Shown: one piece after another, positions 8,178 to 17,277 of the stretch
Numbering within the stretch: the stretch's first letter is position 1
Layout of the letters: every line of letters starts with the position of its first letter
Assembly: GCA_034660175.1 (NCBI GenBank)
Contig: JAYEIQ010000020.1
Span: forward strand, 1-59,694
Reading direction: 5' to 3'
Length of the DNA: 59,694 nucleotides
From: Patescibacteria group bacterium
GTDB taxonomy: Bacteria > Patescibacteriota > Minisyncoccia > Moranbacterales > DUUL01
Notes under the pieces: generated by a model
What the model was told of the DNA's origin: nothing
Database searches by the model: none
What the model saw: only the letters and a program-made list of their open reading frames with translations
Made by a program: the position numbers and the translations under genes

Positions 8178-10544
8178 ATGCTCCAAGACAACAAAATAGA
8201 CTTGAGAAAAACATCTTCCGGGGAGCAGAATTCTCAAGTTGAGGAAAAAAACATGAATAACGAAAAACCATCCTATTCTGAAATTGAAGATGAAGAAGAA
8301 CAGAATATTCCTGTTTCAAATTCTCCTGATTCAATGGTTGATGAGAACAATGGATCAGAAGAGGATGATCGACTTAGGAAAACGACAAAGAAAGCAAGGA
8401 AATATGTGGTTGCGGTTGTTGTTGTTATCGCAGTTTTTGTTTTGTCTGCGGGTGGAATTTGGGGTATGGAACTCTATGAAAGATTTTTTAAGAGTGTTCC
8501 AATCAAAGAAGTGTTGCCTGGCGATGTTGAGGTAGTCTTGTTGGTCAATTTGGATCCGGAATCATCTCAATATGCATTGCTTGATGAGCACATCAAAAAA
8601 TTTCCTGGACACAAACATTTGATGAAGGAACTTGATAATGTGGGAGAAGGGAAGACTCTTTCTCAGTTCATGCAAGACAAATTGAAGCAACATGGTCTAG
8701 ATTTTCATAGAGATATCAAACCCGTGTTGGGTGAAACTGGTTATGTATTGATTCCAAAGCTGGATCCTATTGAAAAAGAATTTCAAAAGAAATTTTCTTG
8801 GCTTAGTGGTGAAGTGAGTGTGGTGGCGAAAAACTATTTTGCTTTTGGTGGTGACTTGTCAAAGGTGGCTCAAGTTTCGACGGAGCAAGACACTCGAGTT
8901 CTTGGCACAACAAGTGACTACTTTACAACCAATTCAGAAAAAACAAAGGTTGAATCCGTGGATTTTGTGATTGGTGCAGAAATTGAAGATTTGAAAGAAG
9001 CTCAGCGTGTGATTGAAAAAATGAAAACAAACATTAATGCATACGAAATCAGCGATCTGAAGCATCAGGGATATGATTATTTCAAAATTACAAATAAGAA
9101 AGTTGAAAATGATGAAGGGTTAGTGTGCATAAAGGACACGTATCACGCTATTGTTGGAAGAAATTGGGTCATGGCAACAATTGAGGACGATGTTAAAAGA
9201 ATCATTGAGAACAGGAAAAACAAACATGCTCTAACTCAAATCATTTCTTTCAACAAAGCACAGGCGGAAGACTTCGAATCACTTGAAGACAATGAAGATT
9301 TTCATATGGTGTTGACGGATCTGCAGGCCCAAAATTCTGAAATGGAAAAAAGTCTTTTGAGTGTTTTTTTTAAGACTGACTTTGGTGAATTTTTTGATTT
9401 TGACACTACACCAAGTGGATCAGGAACGAACTACTCAGATTATTTTAAGTATCCAGAGCCATATATTGGAGGCTTTTTCATCAAAGCCAAGGAAGAGGGG
9501 ATTGTTTTCAGAAGTACTTCAAACCAATTCACATTTGACGAAGCTGATAATATGGCAATAGACAAGGGCTTGGTTGAGCAAATACCAAATCAAATGGATA
9601 ACAGGTGGGCCGATGTATTTTTGGAGTCTGACAATGTTAAGAGTATGTATTACAGTTTCAAGAGAAACAATCTCACATCGAAAGGACTTAAAGAGTGGAA
9701 CAAAGCTCGTGGTCAATTGAATCAGATGCTAGGTCTTGATTTTGAGAAAGACTTTATAGACCAGTTGACTGGTTCATTGGCATTTGTCGCATATACCAGA
9801 AAAGGTTTTGAGCCGGAAATGGTTATTCTTGGGGATGTTGAAAGCAATCAAAAAGTGATAGAAGTTGTAACTAAAGTTATTGAAGTTGGAAAACAAATGT
9901 ATTTGGGAATGAATCCAAATGCAATTTGTTTTCAAACAGAGGCAGAACAGCAAACATATGGAAATATGTATGGTGCATATGGAACAGACTATTGCTCTGA
10001 AATTCCAAAAGAGCAAAAAAAGCTGATTCAAAAACAAATTGAAGCTATTAAAAATTCTACATTAGTTGAAGCAGAGACTGAATTTGGTAAGATGTATTCA
10101 TACAAGATACCAGAAACATCACTTTCATTTGATCTTGGATTCAAAGACGGAAAAGCGATTTTTGGCTCACATCACGCAATTGTTTTGTCTGCAATGAAAG
10201 ATCTTGGTGCAAATACAGAAATGTCAATTGCCAAAAGCAAGAAGTTTGGGATTGTTTCAGAGAATGTATTTTCAGAAGGATATTCCAAGTCATGTGTCAA
10301 CACTTTGGGTCTTTGGAGCTCGGTTGAATATTATGTTGGTAAATCTGGCATTGCACAAGCTGAGGAGGATAAGGAAATGTTTGATGCTATTGGAGCGATG
10401 ATCAGAACAGTAAATTTGCTAGGTTCGGCTGAGGCTATTTCTTCCACACGGAAAGATGCAATTTCGTCTATGTATCTTGGAATTAAGGAGTTGCCAGAAG
10501 AGGAAAAGAAAAGAGCTGATAAGTTTATTGATGCTTATTGGTAG
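8178..10544 (+). CDS. Large membrane-anchored protein (DUF3352-like)
   Basis: Single TM after acidic N-terminus; two LDF..D....LG/TG-type segments. Confidence 0.6.
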   Translation: MLQDNKIDLRKTSSGEQNSQVEEKNMNNEKPSYSEIEDEEEQNIPVSNSPDSMVDENNGSEEDDRLRKTTKKARKYVVAVVVVIAVFVLSAGGIWGMELYERFFKSVPIKEVLPGDVEVVLLVNLDPESSQYALLDEHIKKFPGHKHLMKELDNVGEGKTLSQFMQDKLKQHGLDFHRDIKPVLGETGYVLIPKLDPIEKEFQKKFSWLSGEVSVVAKNYFAFGGDLSKVAQVSTEQDTRVLGTTSDYFTTNSEKTKVESVDFVIGAEIEDLKEAQRVIEKMKTNINAYEISDLKHQGYDYFKITNKKVENDEGLVCIKDTYHAIVGRNWVMATIEDDVKRIIENRKNKHALTQIISFNKAQAEDFESLEDNEDFHMVLTDLQAQNSEMEKSLLSVFFKTDFGEFFDFDTTPSGSGTNYSDYFKYPEPYIGGFFIKAKEEGIVFRSTSNQFTFDEADNMAIDKGLVEQIPNQMDNRWADVFLESDNVKSMYYSFKRNNLTSKGLKEWNKARGQLNQMLGLDFEKDFIDQLTGSLAFVAYTRKGFEPEMVILGDVESNQKVIEVVTKVIEVGKQMYLGMNPNAICFQTEAEQQTYGNMYGAYGTDYCSEIPKEQKKLIQKQIEAIKNSTLVEAETEFGKMYSYKIPETSLSFDLGFKDGKAIFGSHHAIVLSAMKDLGANTEMSIAKSKKFGIVSENVFSEGYSKSCVNTLGLWSSVEYYVGKSGIAQAEEDKEMFDAIGAMIRTVNLLGSAEAISSTRKDAISSMYLGIKELPEEEKKRADKFIDAYW

Positions 10545-10567
10545 AATGGAACTTTACTTATATAAAA

Positions 10568-10600
10568 AAGCAAGCCCCGGCTGTTAGCTGGGGCTTGTTC
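10568..10600 (+). terminator. Intrinsic terminator hairpin
   Basis: AGCAAGCCCCGGCT-GTT-AGCTGGGGCTTGTT; G-U pairs favour the + strand. Confidence 0.65.
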
Positions 10601-10671
10601 GACTCTTCTTGGGAGTCTGTAATTTTTTTAAGTGAACTGTCACTGTAAAGAAAGTTGACAGCGACTGCCAA

Positions 10672-10953
10672 ATAACATTCCCGCAACGACTTTGCCTTGT
10701 AATGATCGTAAAGAGAAATAAAAAAAGTTAGTGCTGATAAAAAAGTTTTTCAAATAATCACAAATCTAATATTATTTGTCGTCAAAACTTCATTTAACAC
10801 TGTGTATCTGGTTCCATAAAAGAGAAAAATGGTTTTAATATCAGGTAAATTATTTAATTTTTCTCTTTTACTCCGCTCAAATTTTTGTCTTTCTTTTCTT
10901 TTATATTACAATAAGGAAGAAAGGCAAAAAATTCAGATACACAGGAATGTTAT
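10672..10953 (+). ncRNA. Candidate multi-branched structured RNA of unknown family
   Basis: Nested perfect inverted repeats 10672-81/10944-53, 10801-10/10934-43, 10817-30/10857-70 plus further stems; no ORF in the supplied track. Confidence 0.45.
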
Positions 10954-11020
10954 CATAACAAACACTCATACTTCTTCTCTTTCAAACAAGACAAAGCAAT
11001 GGTAAAATAGAACTAAGTTT

Positions 11021-11827
11021 ATGGATATATTTCAAGCAATAATACTAGGTATTTTCCAGGGTTTAACAGAGTTTTTGCCCATTTCTTCATCGGCTCATTT
11101 GGTTTTGATTCCGCATTTTTTTGGTTGGGATGATCCTGGGTTGACATTTGATGTCGCTTTGCATTTTGGGACTTTGATAGCAGTTTTGTTTTATTTTCGC
11201 AATGACATTGTAGAGATAATTTTTGGAGTGGCGTGTTGTGAAAAAGATGATTGTAAAGGAAAAGAAAGAAGATATCCAGAAAATATGATTTGGTTGATTG
11301 CTTTGGCGACGATACCTGGTGCGGTTGCAGGATATTTTTTTAGTGATCTAGCAGAATCTTCTTTTCGACATCCGCTTCTAATCGCTTCAACATTGGCATT
11401 TTTTGGTTTTTTTCTGTTTTGGGCAGATAAGTTTGCCAAAAAACAGCGAAAAGTTGATGAGATTGGATTTGTTGATGCTCTGACTATTGGTTTTTCTCAG
11501 GCAATAGCAATTGTGCCAGGTGTTTCACGTTCTGGAATCACAATCACTGTAGGATTGCTTCAGGGATTAGACAGAAAAAATGCTGCACGTTTTTCATTTT
11601 TAATGTCTGTACCAATAATTCTTGGTGCGAATCTTTTTAAGGTGAAACATTTCTTTGCAACTACTGTTGGTTTTGCAGAAATTGTTGGAATTGCCGCTGC
11701 AATGGTAAGCGGATATTTCGCAATTGCCGGATTGATAAAGTTTATTGAAAAGGCTAGCTATAATATATTTTTTTGGTATCGTCTTGCATTGGCATTTTTC
11801 ATTTTTGTAATGTGGTTTTGGTTTTAA
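11021..11827 (+). CDS. uppP: Undecaprenyl-diphosphate phosphatase
   Basis: QGLTEFLPISSSAH and PGVSRSG motifs; AARFSFLMSVP. Confidence 0.96.
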   Translation: MDIFQAIILGIFQGLTEFLPISSSAHLVLIPHFFGWDDPGLTFDVALHFGTLIAVLFYFRNDIVEIIFGVACCEKDDCKGKERRYPENMIWLIALATIPGAVAGYFFSDLAESSFRHPLLIASTLAFFGFFLFWADKFAKKQRKVDEIGFVDALTIGFSQAIAIVPGVSRSGITITVGLLQGLDRKNAARFSFLMSVPIILGANLFKVKHFFATTVGFAEIVGIAAAMVSGYFAIAGLIKFIEKASYNIFFWYRLALAFFIFVMWFWF

Positions 11828-11836
11828 AAACTTATC

Positions 11837-12145
11837 ATGTCAAAAAAGTTTACAAGAAGAATAGAGAATTTTGAATGTGAAAATTGTGGTGAGATGGTGA
11901 AGGGATCTGGATATACCAATCACTGTCCGAAGTGTCTTTGGTCAAAACATGTTGACATCAATCCAGGAGACAGAGAACACAGTTGCAAAGGTCTCATGAG
12001 GCCTGTCATGGCATATTACACACAAGGAAGATGGAAAATCATCCAAATTTGTGAAAAATGTGGATATGAGAGCAGGATGTTTGTGGATAAGCATGATGAT
12101 ATTGATGAAATAACAAGACTTTCGACTGCAATATTGAAGGGCTAG
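11837..12145 (+). CDS. RNHCP-domain Zn-finding small protein
   Basis: F.CENCG...YTNHCPKCLWSKHVD..PGDR...C.GLM. Confidence 0.9.
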   Translation: MSKKFTRRIENFECENCGEMVKGSGYTNHCPKCLWSKHVDINPGDREHSCKGLMRPVMAYYTQGRWKIIQICEKCGYESRMFVDKHDDIDEITRLSTAILKG

Positions 12146-12167
12146 TGTTTGAAAATACAAGCATAAG

Positions 12168-12194
12168 AAAAAAATCCCGACTTTTCGGGATTTT
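12168..12194. terminator. Bidirectional terminator between convergent genes
   Basis: AAAATCCCGA-CTTT-TCGGGATTTT. Confidence 0.75.
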
Positions 12195-12214
12195 ATAATT
12201 TATGAGAAGTTTTT

Positions 12215-12559
12215 TTATTTTACTTTTTCAATGAATTTTGCAAATATCTTTGGATTCTCAACTGCTATTTGACTTAGCACCTTTCTATCAAGTTCGATTT
12301 TCTTGGTTTTCAGCAGGTTGATGAATGAAGAATATTTAAGTCCATGTTCTCTTACTGCATTATTGAGACGCAGGATCCAAAGTCGACGAAAAACTCTTTT
12401 CTTGGCACGTCGGTCCCTGTAGGCATATTTTCCAGCTTTAATAACAGCTTCTTTAGCAGCTAGATAGTTGGATTTTCTTCGCCATCGAAAACCTTTGGCT
12501 GCTTTAATGACCTTCTTTCTTCTTTTTGATGCAGTTGTTCCTCTTTTGATTCTGGACAT
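12215..12559 (-). CDS. rplT: 50S ribosomal protein L20
   Basis: MSRIKRG...AKGF...YAYRDRR.KKR.FR.LWI.R.N...LDRKVLS. Confidence 0.98.
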   Translation of the reverse strand: MSRIKRGTTASKRRKKVIKAAKGFRWRRKSNYLAAKEAVIKAGKYAYRDRRAKKRVFRRLWILRLNNAVREHGLKYSSFINLLKTKKIELDRKVLSQIAVENPKIFAKFIEKVK

Positions 12560-12584
12560 ATCTGTTGATGAATATTATTAAAAC

Positions 12585-12782
12585 CTATAAACAATTGATG
12601 TCTTGTAAGATGTTTTTTGCGGTCTTTCCTTCAACTATTTGATCAGTTCTTTTTTCTCGTTTTTTGTCTGACGTTTGTCGCGCATTGAAATGATTCTGAT
12701 TGGATCGTCTTCGAAGAACCTTCTTTTTGGAAGTTACTTTGAATCTTTTTGCAACCGCTTTTCTCGTTTTGATCTTTGGCAT
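12585..12782 (-). CDS. rpmI: 50S ribosomal protein L35
   Basis: MPKIKTRKAVAKRFKVT; lies between infC and rplT. Confidence 0.96.
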   Translation of the reverse strand: MPKIKTRKAVAKRFKVTSKKKVLRRRSNQNHFNARQTSDKKREKRTDQIVEGKTAKNILQDINCL

Positions 12783-12857
12783 TTGAAGGAATTAAATCTT
12801 GAAAATTAAAAACTAAAAACACTATGTCTTTAGTTTGCTAAAGTCAAACTAAGTTTT

Positions 12858-13379
12858 TTACTCTTTGAGCTCTTTAGGCGCTAAAAGCATATTAAAACCA
12901 TTAAACTGTCTTTTGGCATCTTGCTCTATTTTAATCGGAAAATCAATTTTGTCAACAAAATTGATTAGTTTTTCCTTGGATTGATCCATAAAAGCTTTTT
13001 CTCTTCCTCTTAAAATAATCTCGACTTTAACTTTGCTACCTTTGGATAGGAATTTTTTTGCTTGTTTTGCCTTGAAATTAAGATCATTTTCACCTGTAGC
13101 AGGTCGAATTCTGACTCCTTTTATTTCAGTCTTCTTTTGTTTGGTTTTGGAGTTTTGCAGTTTTTTTGCCTCTTGATATTGAAACTTTCCCCAATCAATT
13201 ATTTTGCAAACAGGAGGACTAGCATTTGGTGCAATCTCTACAAGATCCAAACCTATCTCTTGTGCCAGTTTGAATGCTTTGTGAGTTTCAATAATTCCCA
13301 ACTGTTCACCGTTCTTGTCAATCAAACGAATTGGTGAAATTTTAATCATTTCATTTATTCTGGTTCTGCGAGTATTCAT
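12858..13379 (-). CDS. infC: Translation initiation factor IF-3 (true start may be in-frame ATT at 13418)
   Basis: RINE.I, LDLVEIAPNASPPVCKIIDWGKF, RGRE motifs; infC-rpmI-rplT synteny. Confidence 0.97.
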   Translation of the reverse strand: MNTRRTRINEMIKISPIRLIDKNGEQLGIIETHKAFKLAQEIGLDLVEIAPNASPPVCKIIDWGKFQYQEAKKLQNSKTKQKKTEIKGVRIRPATGENDLNFKAKQAKKFLSKGSKVKVEIILRGREKAFMDQSKEKLINFVDKIDFPIKIEQDAKRQFNGFNMLLAPKELKE

Positions 13380-13447
13380 TTTTGGGTTGAAAGCACTTCT
13401 TCTTTTTATTGTTGTAATATTAAATTTTAAATATGTCCAAATGTTCT

Positions 13448-13546
13448 ATGCGGAGGTGATGGGAGTTCTTCTTGCTCCGATTCGAATCCTGGGTGCTACA
13501 CACAGAAAGCTTGCTTACTCGCTTCCTACTTGTACCCTTCAACTCT
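13448..13546 (-). repeat. Structured mini-element ending in a duplicate tmRNA 3' end
   Basis: ATG[C/T]GGAGGTGATGGGAGTT at 13448-13467 and 13569-13588 (19/20 identical). Confidence 0.75.
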
Positions 13547-13571
13547 TTTTGTTTCTGTATATTCCATGATG

Positions 13572-13966
13572 TGGAGGTGATGGGAGTTGAACCCATGTCC
13601 AGTCTTGGATCAAATAAATCTTCTACAAGCGTAGCTTATTTGTTTGTTTTGACACCAAAAAGACTTAAAATAAGCAAAATGTCCTTAAGTGTTCTTTCTG
13701 GAAGTGCGCTATTGTCAAATGGCAGAAAGCACCAAAAGACATGAGCTCGATGACGACGTTGGGATCAATTTATCGAGCATCGATTGGCCAACGGGCTGGA
13801 GCCGTTAGGCTACAGCAGCAGCAAATTGAGGAGCAAATGCTTGCGCAAGAGCTCTTTTTGCTTTTGTAATAATGTTTGCACTTAAAACTTTGCCACAGTT
13901 TCACAAGATGTGACGGCTTGACTTGCGGATTTAAAAGAGCACAATCTGTCGAATCCTAGCACCCCC
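13572..13966 (-). ncRNA. ssrA: tmRNA
   Basis: 5' GGGGGTGCTAGGATTCGAC; 3' GGACATGGGTTCAACTCCCATCACCTCCA with G3-U70; tag ORF 13879..13805 ANIITKAKRALAQAFAPQFAAAVA*; adjacent to smpB. Confidence 0.96.
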
Positions 13967-14011
13967 AATGCAGAATTTGAAAATCCAATTCGAAATTCTA
14001 TGTTTGAAGCA

Positions 14012-14473
14012 CTAGATTTTGTTATGTATACATTTTTTCATTGTCCTTTCCATCTTGATGTCATCCTCACGTTTCTGAATCATTTGACGCTTATCTCTAG
14101 TCTTTTTACCTTTTGCGAGAGCAAATTGAACTTTTATTTTACCTTTTTCATTATACACTGAAAGTGGTACTAATGTCAACCCTTCGGTTCCCGATTTTCC
14201 CTTTAAATACTTGATTTCCTTCTTGTGCAAAAGCAGTTTCCTTGGTCCGGTTGGATTATAGTCTGCAATCTTTCCAGCATGCTTATAGAGTGGAATGGTA
14301 GCATTTGTCAGAAACAACTCCTCTTTGTGTGATGTTACAAAGGAGCCCTTGAGTGAGATATGACCTGTTTTAATGGACTTTACTTCATAGCCCTTCAATT
14401 GCAAACCAGCCTCGAACTTTTCCAGGATCTCATAATCAAACCTTGCTCTGCGATTGATGGCAATTGTTTTCAT
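14012..14473 (-). CDS. smpB: SsrA-binding protein
   Basis: NRRARFDYEI...EAGL.L.G.EVKSI, RKLLLHKKEI, GKK..DKR. Confidence 0.98.
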   Translation of the reverse strand: MKTIAINRRARFDYEILEKFEAGLQLKGYEVKSIKTGHISLKGSFVTSHKEELFLTNATIPLYKHAGKIADYNPTGPRKLLLHKKEIKYLKGKSGTEGLTLVPLSVYNEKGKIKVQFALAKGKKTRDKRQMIQKREDDIKMERTMKKCIHNKI

Positions 14474-14572
14474 TTCTTAAATAATGCAAATTACATATCA
14501 TCATAATAGAGTATATGGTTCAAACAATCAACTTAACATCAAAAAGTAAAGATAGGAGTGATTGAGCAAAAC

Positions 14573-14598
14573 AAAAAAGGACTAAAAAGTCCTTTTTT
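14573..14598. terminator. Intrinsic terminator after ABC transporter genes
   Basis: AAAAAAGGACT-AAAA-AGTCCTTTTTT. Confidence 0.65.
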
Positions 14599-14613
14599 CT
14601 ATGAAAATTATGT

Positions 14614-15825
14614 CTATTTATACCTCAATGCATCCAGAGGATCTATTGAGCTGGCGCGTCGGGCAGGAACGAGACCAGTAATGAAACCAACTATTGTTCC
14701 AAGAAGGATGATAAGTCCCATGAACCAGATAGGCGATTGGAAAAGTGCCACTGACGGTCCTCCAAATCTAGACGCCACAAGGTTTAAGAGCAAATTCATT
14801 ACTTGTCCAGCAATAAAACCAATCGCTATTCCACAGATACCACCCAAAGCTCCCATAATGGACGATTCAAAAACAAACATTAACAAAATGTCTTTGTCCG
14901 AGACTCCAATTGATTTCATAATTCCAATTTCCTCGGTTCTCTCCAGAAGTGTCACTGTCATTGTGTTGAACATTCCAATTGCGCTCACAACTAGAGCAAT
15001 CACCCCGAAAAGAGCCAAAACAACCTGAACACCTTTAAAAACTTTATTTGCTTGGTCAACCGTGTCTGAAAGTGAAGAAACTGCATATCCTTGTGAAATT
15101 AGAAGGTTTTTGACAGGTTCAAGTTGTCCTTGGTCAACACATTTTATTTTCATTTTTGAATAGTAGGGAATGGACACTTCAGACGTGATGTCCTGAATGT
15201 TGAGATACATAACTGGTTCTTCAAGCTCGATCACTCCAATAATTTTGAAAGGTTCGTTAAATTTTTTTGCTTCTGTTTCAACATCGCCAGAGTCATCTTT
15301 TGGTTCAAGGTCTTTTGGAACTTTCAGCATCAATGTGAACTCCTTATTAATCATTTCATCTCCTTCTTTATTGAAAATCTTTGCAAAAGCAGAAGAAATC
15401 ACTACACCTCGAGGATTATTGTTTGATAGTATTTCCCCTTCAGCTATTTTAATTCCATCTAGTTTGAAAAAGGATGGTTTTACTACCAGAGCAGTAACAT
15501 CAGAAGTGAGATTGTTGAAATAAATTTGTGAGAACATTTGAGATGCAGGACTCACGTCAGCCACACCATCAACTTGTTGAATTTCATCAAGAACGCTCTG
15601 TGTGATACGCAATTCTTTTGGGTTTGATGGTGTTGCATCAAGTGACAAAAGTGAGTCAGAAGTTGTGATGGATTCAAGTAAAACATTTTGTAGTCCATAA
15701 CCCAATGAAACCAAGAATAGAATGGCGCTAACACCAACACCCATTCCCAGAATAGTCAAAATTGTTCGAGACATTCTCGCCTTAAACATTCTTGTCGATA
15801 GTTTGAAGATGTCTTTTGTTCTCAT
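14614..15825 (-). CDS. ABC transporter permease, MacB/FtsX family
   Basis: RTILTILG..VGV, G.FNTM...LERTEEIGIMKSIG, PARRAS.IDP..ALRY. Confidence 0.92.
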   Translation of the reverse strand: MRTKDIFKLSTRMFKARMSRTILTILGMGVGVSAILFLVSLGYGLQNVLLESITTSDSLLSLDATPSNPKELRITQSVLDEIQQVDGVADVSPASQMFSQIYFNNLTSDVTALVVKPSFFKLDGIKIAEGEILSNNNPRGVVISSAFAKIFNKEGDEMINKEFTLMLKVPKDLEPKDDSGDVETEAKKFNEPFKIIGVIELEEPVMYLNIQDITSEVSIPYYSKMKIKCVDQGQLEPVKNLLISQGYAVSSLSDTVDQANKVFKGVQVVLALFGVIALVVSAIGMFNTMTVTLLERTEEIGIMKSIGVSDKDILLMFVFESSIMGALGGICGIAIGFIAGQVMNLLLNLVASRFGGPSVALFQSPIWFMGLIILLGTIVGFITGLVPARRASSIDPLDALRYK

Positions 15826-17156
15826 ATTGTTTTATTTCCATAGCGCACCAAAAGCAAAATTTCCAGTTCACGAGAAATTTTCTTGGCTGTTCTTTTGTCC
15901 AGACCAGCGCCCCCATTTTTGATAGGCATATCAATCATGAGGATGACTTTCTCAACAGAATATTTGTTCTTGAGACGTTCGTTGATAATGTCTCGCAATC
16001 TTTCTTTTTGTTTTGGTGTTAAACCGAGACGAAATTTAGCTGAAAGATATGTAAAAAGTTTGTTGGTGCTTTCGATAACATTATCAAAATCAATTTGTCT
16101 TCCTTGTGATACTATCTGTCTAACTTCATTTGTAAAGCTTTGAGCAAGTCGTTTATCCCAGCCAGCACCTCCTCTTTCAAGGCTGTTGTCAAGCATTTTA
16201 GCCAATTCATCAAAGTTTTTTCTTGAATAGAAAATCTCCTCGAGAGCTTTTGTTGTTTTGTCCATTTGCTCAAACGTCATTGAAAGCAAGATGTGAGACA
16301 GAAGTTGTTGGGCTTTGAAAGGAGCCATGAGAACACCAATCTGTGAAAGAGTAAGATCTTTGAAGGCGCGCATGAGCATTTTGAGATCCGGTGATATTTT
16401 TTCTTTTACTTCAATTTCTTTTTGAAGTTCATCGTCTGGTGAAATCTTCTTCTTGACTATTTCCTCTTTGATAATTTTTCCATCTTTTATATAGATCACT
16501 CGATCACCATAACGCAGGTGGGCAGGATCGTGAGTGACTAAAATAATTGTTTTCTTGTCTTTCTCGTTTAATTCTTGAAGAATTTTCATCACATTGTGTG
16601 ATGAGACAGAGTCAAGATTACCAACTGGTTCGTCAGCCAGTATAATATCTGGGTTGTTCGCAAGAGAACGAGCAATCGAAACTCTTTGTTTTTGTCCTCC
16701 AGAGAGTTCACTTGGCATCTTTTTGGCTTGGTTCAAAATCCCAAATCTTTTCAGGAGTGTCTCGGACACAATCTTTCTATCCTTACTAGAGTCACCCGAG
16801 GCTGTTTTTGGCAAACAAACGTTATCGACAACATTCAGTGATGGAATCAAATAAAAAGCTTGAAAAATCATGCCAATTTTTCTTCGGTGAAATTCAACCA
16901 TGTCACTCTTTTTGAGTGAATAGATCTCACTATTATCAATCGAGACTGTTCCACTGGTTGGTTTTTGTAGCCCGGCAATGGTGTAAAGTAGAGTTGATTT
17001 ACCACAACCAGATGGACCAAAAATGATCACATACTCCTGAGGATACAGCTTCAAATTGGCGTTCTCAAGTGAACGCACTTCATTGGATTGGCCTTGATTG
17101 TAAACCACACTTGTTTTTTCAAGAACAATCTGTGGTTTTTTTGTTTTGTCTAACAT
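15822..17156 (-). CDS. ABC transporter ATPase (LolD/MacB type) with C-terminal extension
   Basis: Walker A GPSGCGKST, LSGGQ, ILADEP, VTHD; about 210 extra C-terminal residues. Confidence 0.92.
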   Translation of the reverse strand: MLDKTKKPQIVLEKTSVVYNQGQSNEVRSLENANLKLYPQEYVIIFGPSGCGKSTLLYTIAGLQKPTSGTVSIDNSEIYSLKKSDMVEFHRRKIGMIFQAFYLIPSLNVVDNVCLPKTASGDSSKDRKIVSETLLKRFGILNQAKKMPSELSGGQKQRVSIARSLANNPDIILADEPVGNLDSVSSHNVMKILQELNEKDKKTIILVTHDPAHLRYGDRVIYIKDGKIIKEEIVKKKISPDDELQKEIEVKEKISPDLKMLMRAFKDLTLSQIGVLMAPFKAQQLLSHILLSMTFEQMDKTTKALEEIFYSRKNFDELAKMLDNSLERGGAGWDKRLAQSFTNEVRQIVSQGRQIDFDNVIESTNKLFTYLSAKFRLGLTPKQKERLRDIINERLKNKYSVEKVILMIDMPIKNGGAGLDKRTAKKISRELEILLLVRYGNKTI

Positions 17157-17277
17157 TAACTAAATCAAACGAAACTATTTCGTCTTCGATGTTTTTATTT
17201 CTTTTGTAACCCAATTATATCACAATATGGTTATTTTTAAAGAAATCGAAGAAACTACCACGAAGAACCAATTATTT

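Noticed and set aside
10545-11020. Replication origin, RNase P RNA or SRP RNA
   Set aside because: No TTATCCACA boxes, no GAGGAAAGTC RNase P motif and no SRP loop motif seen on either strand
13448-13600. Intron in the tmRNA T-loop or a permuted two-piece tmRNA
   Set aside because: The first copy already has a complete T arm and acceptor strand; the interval is too short and lacks group I core motifs
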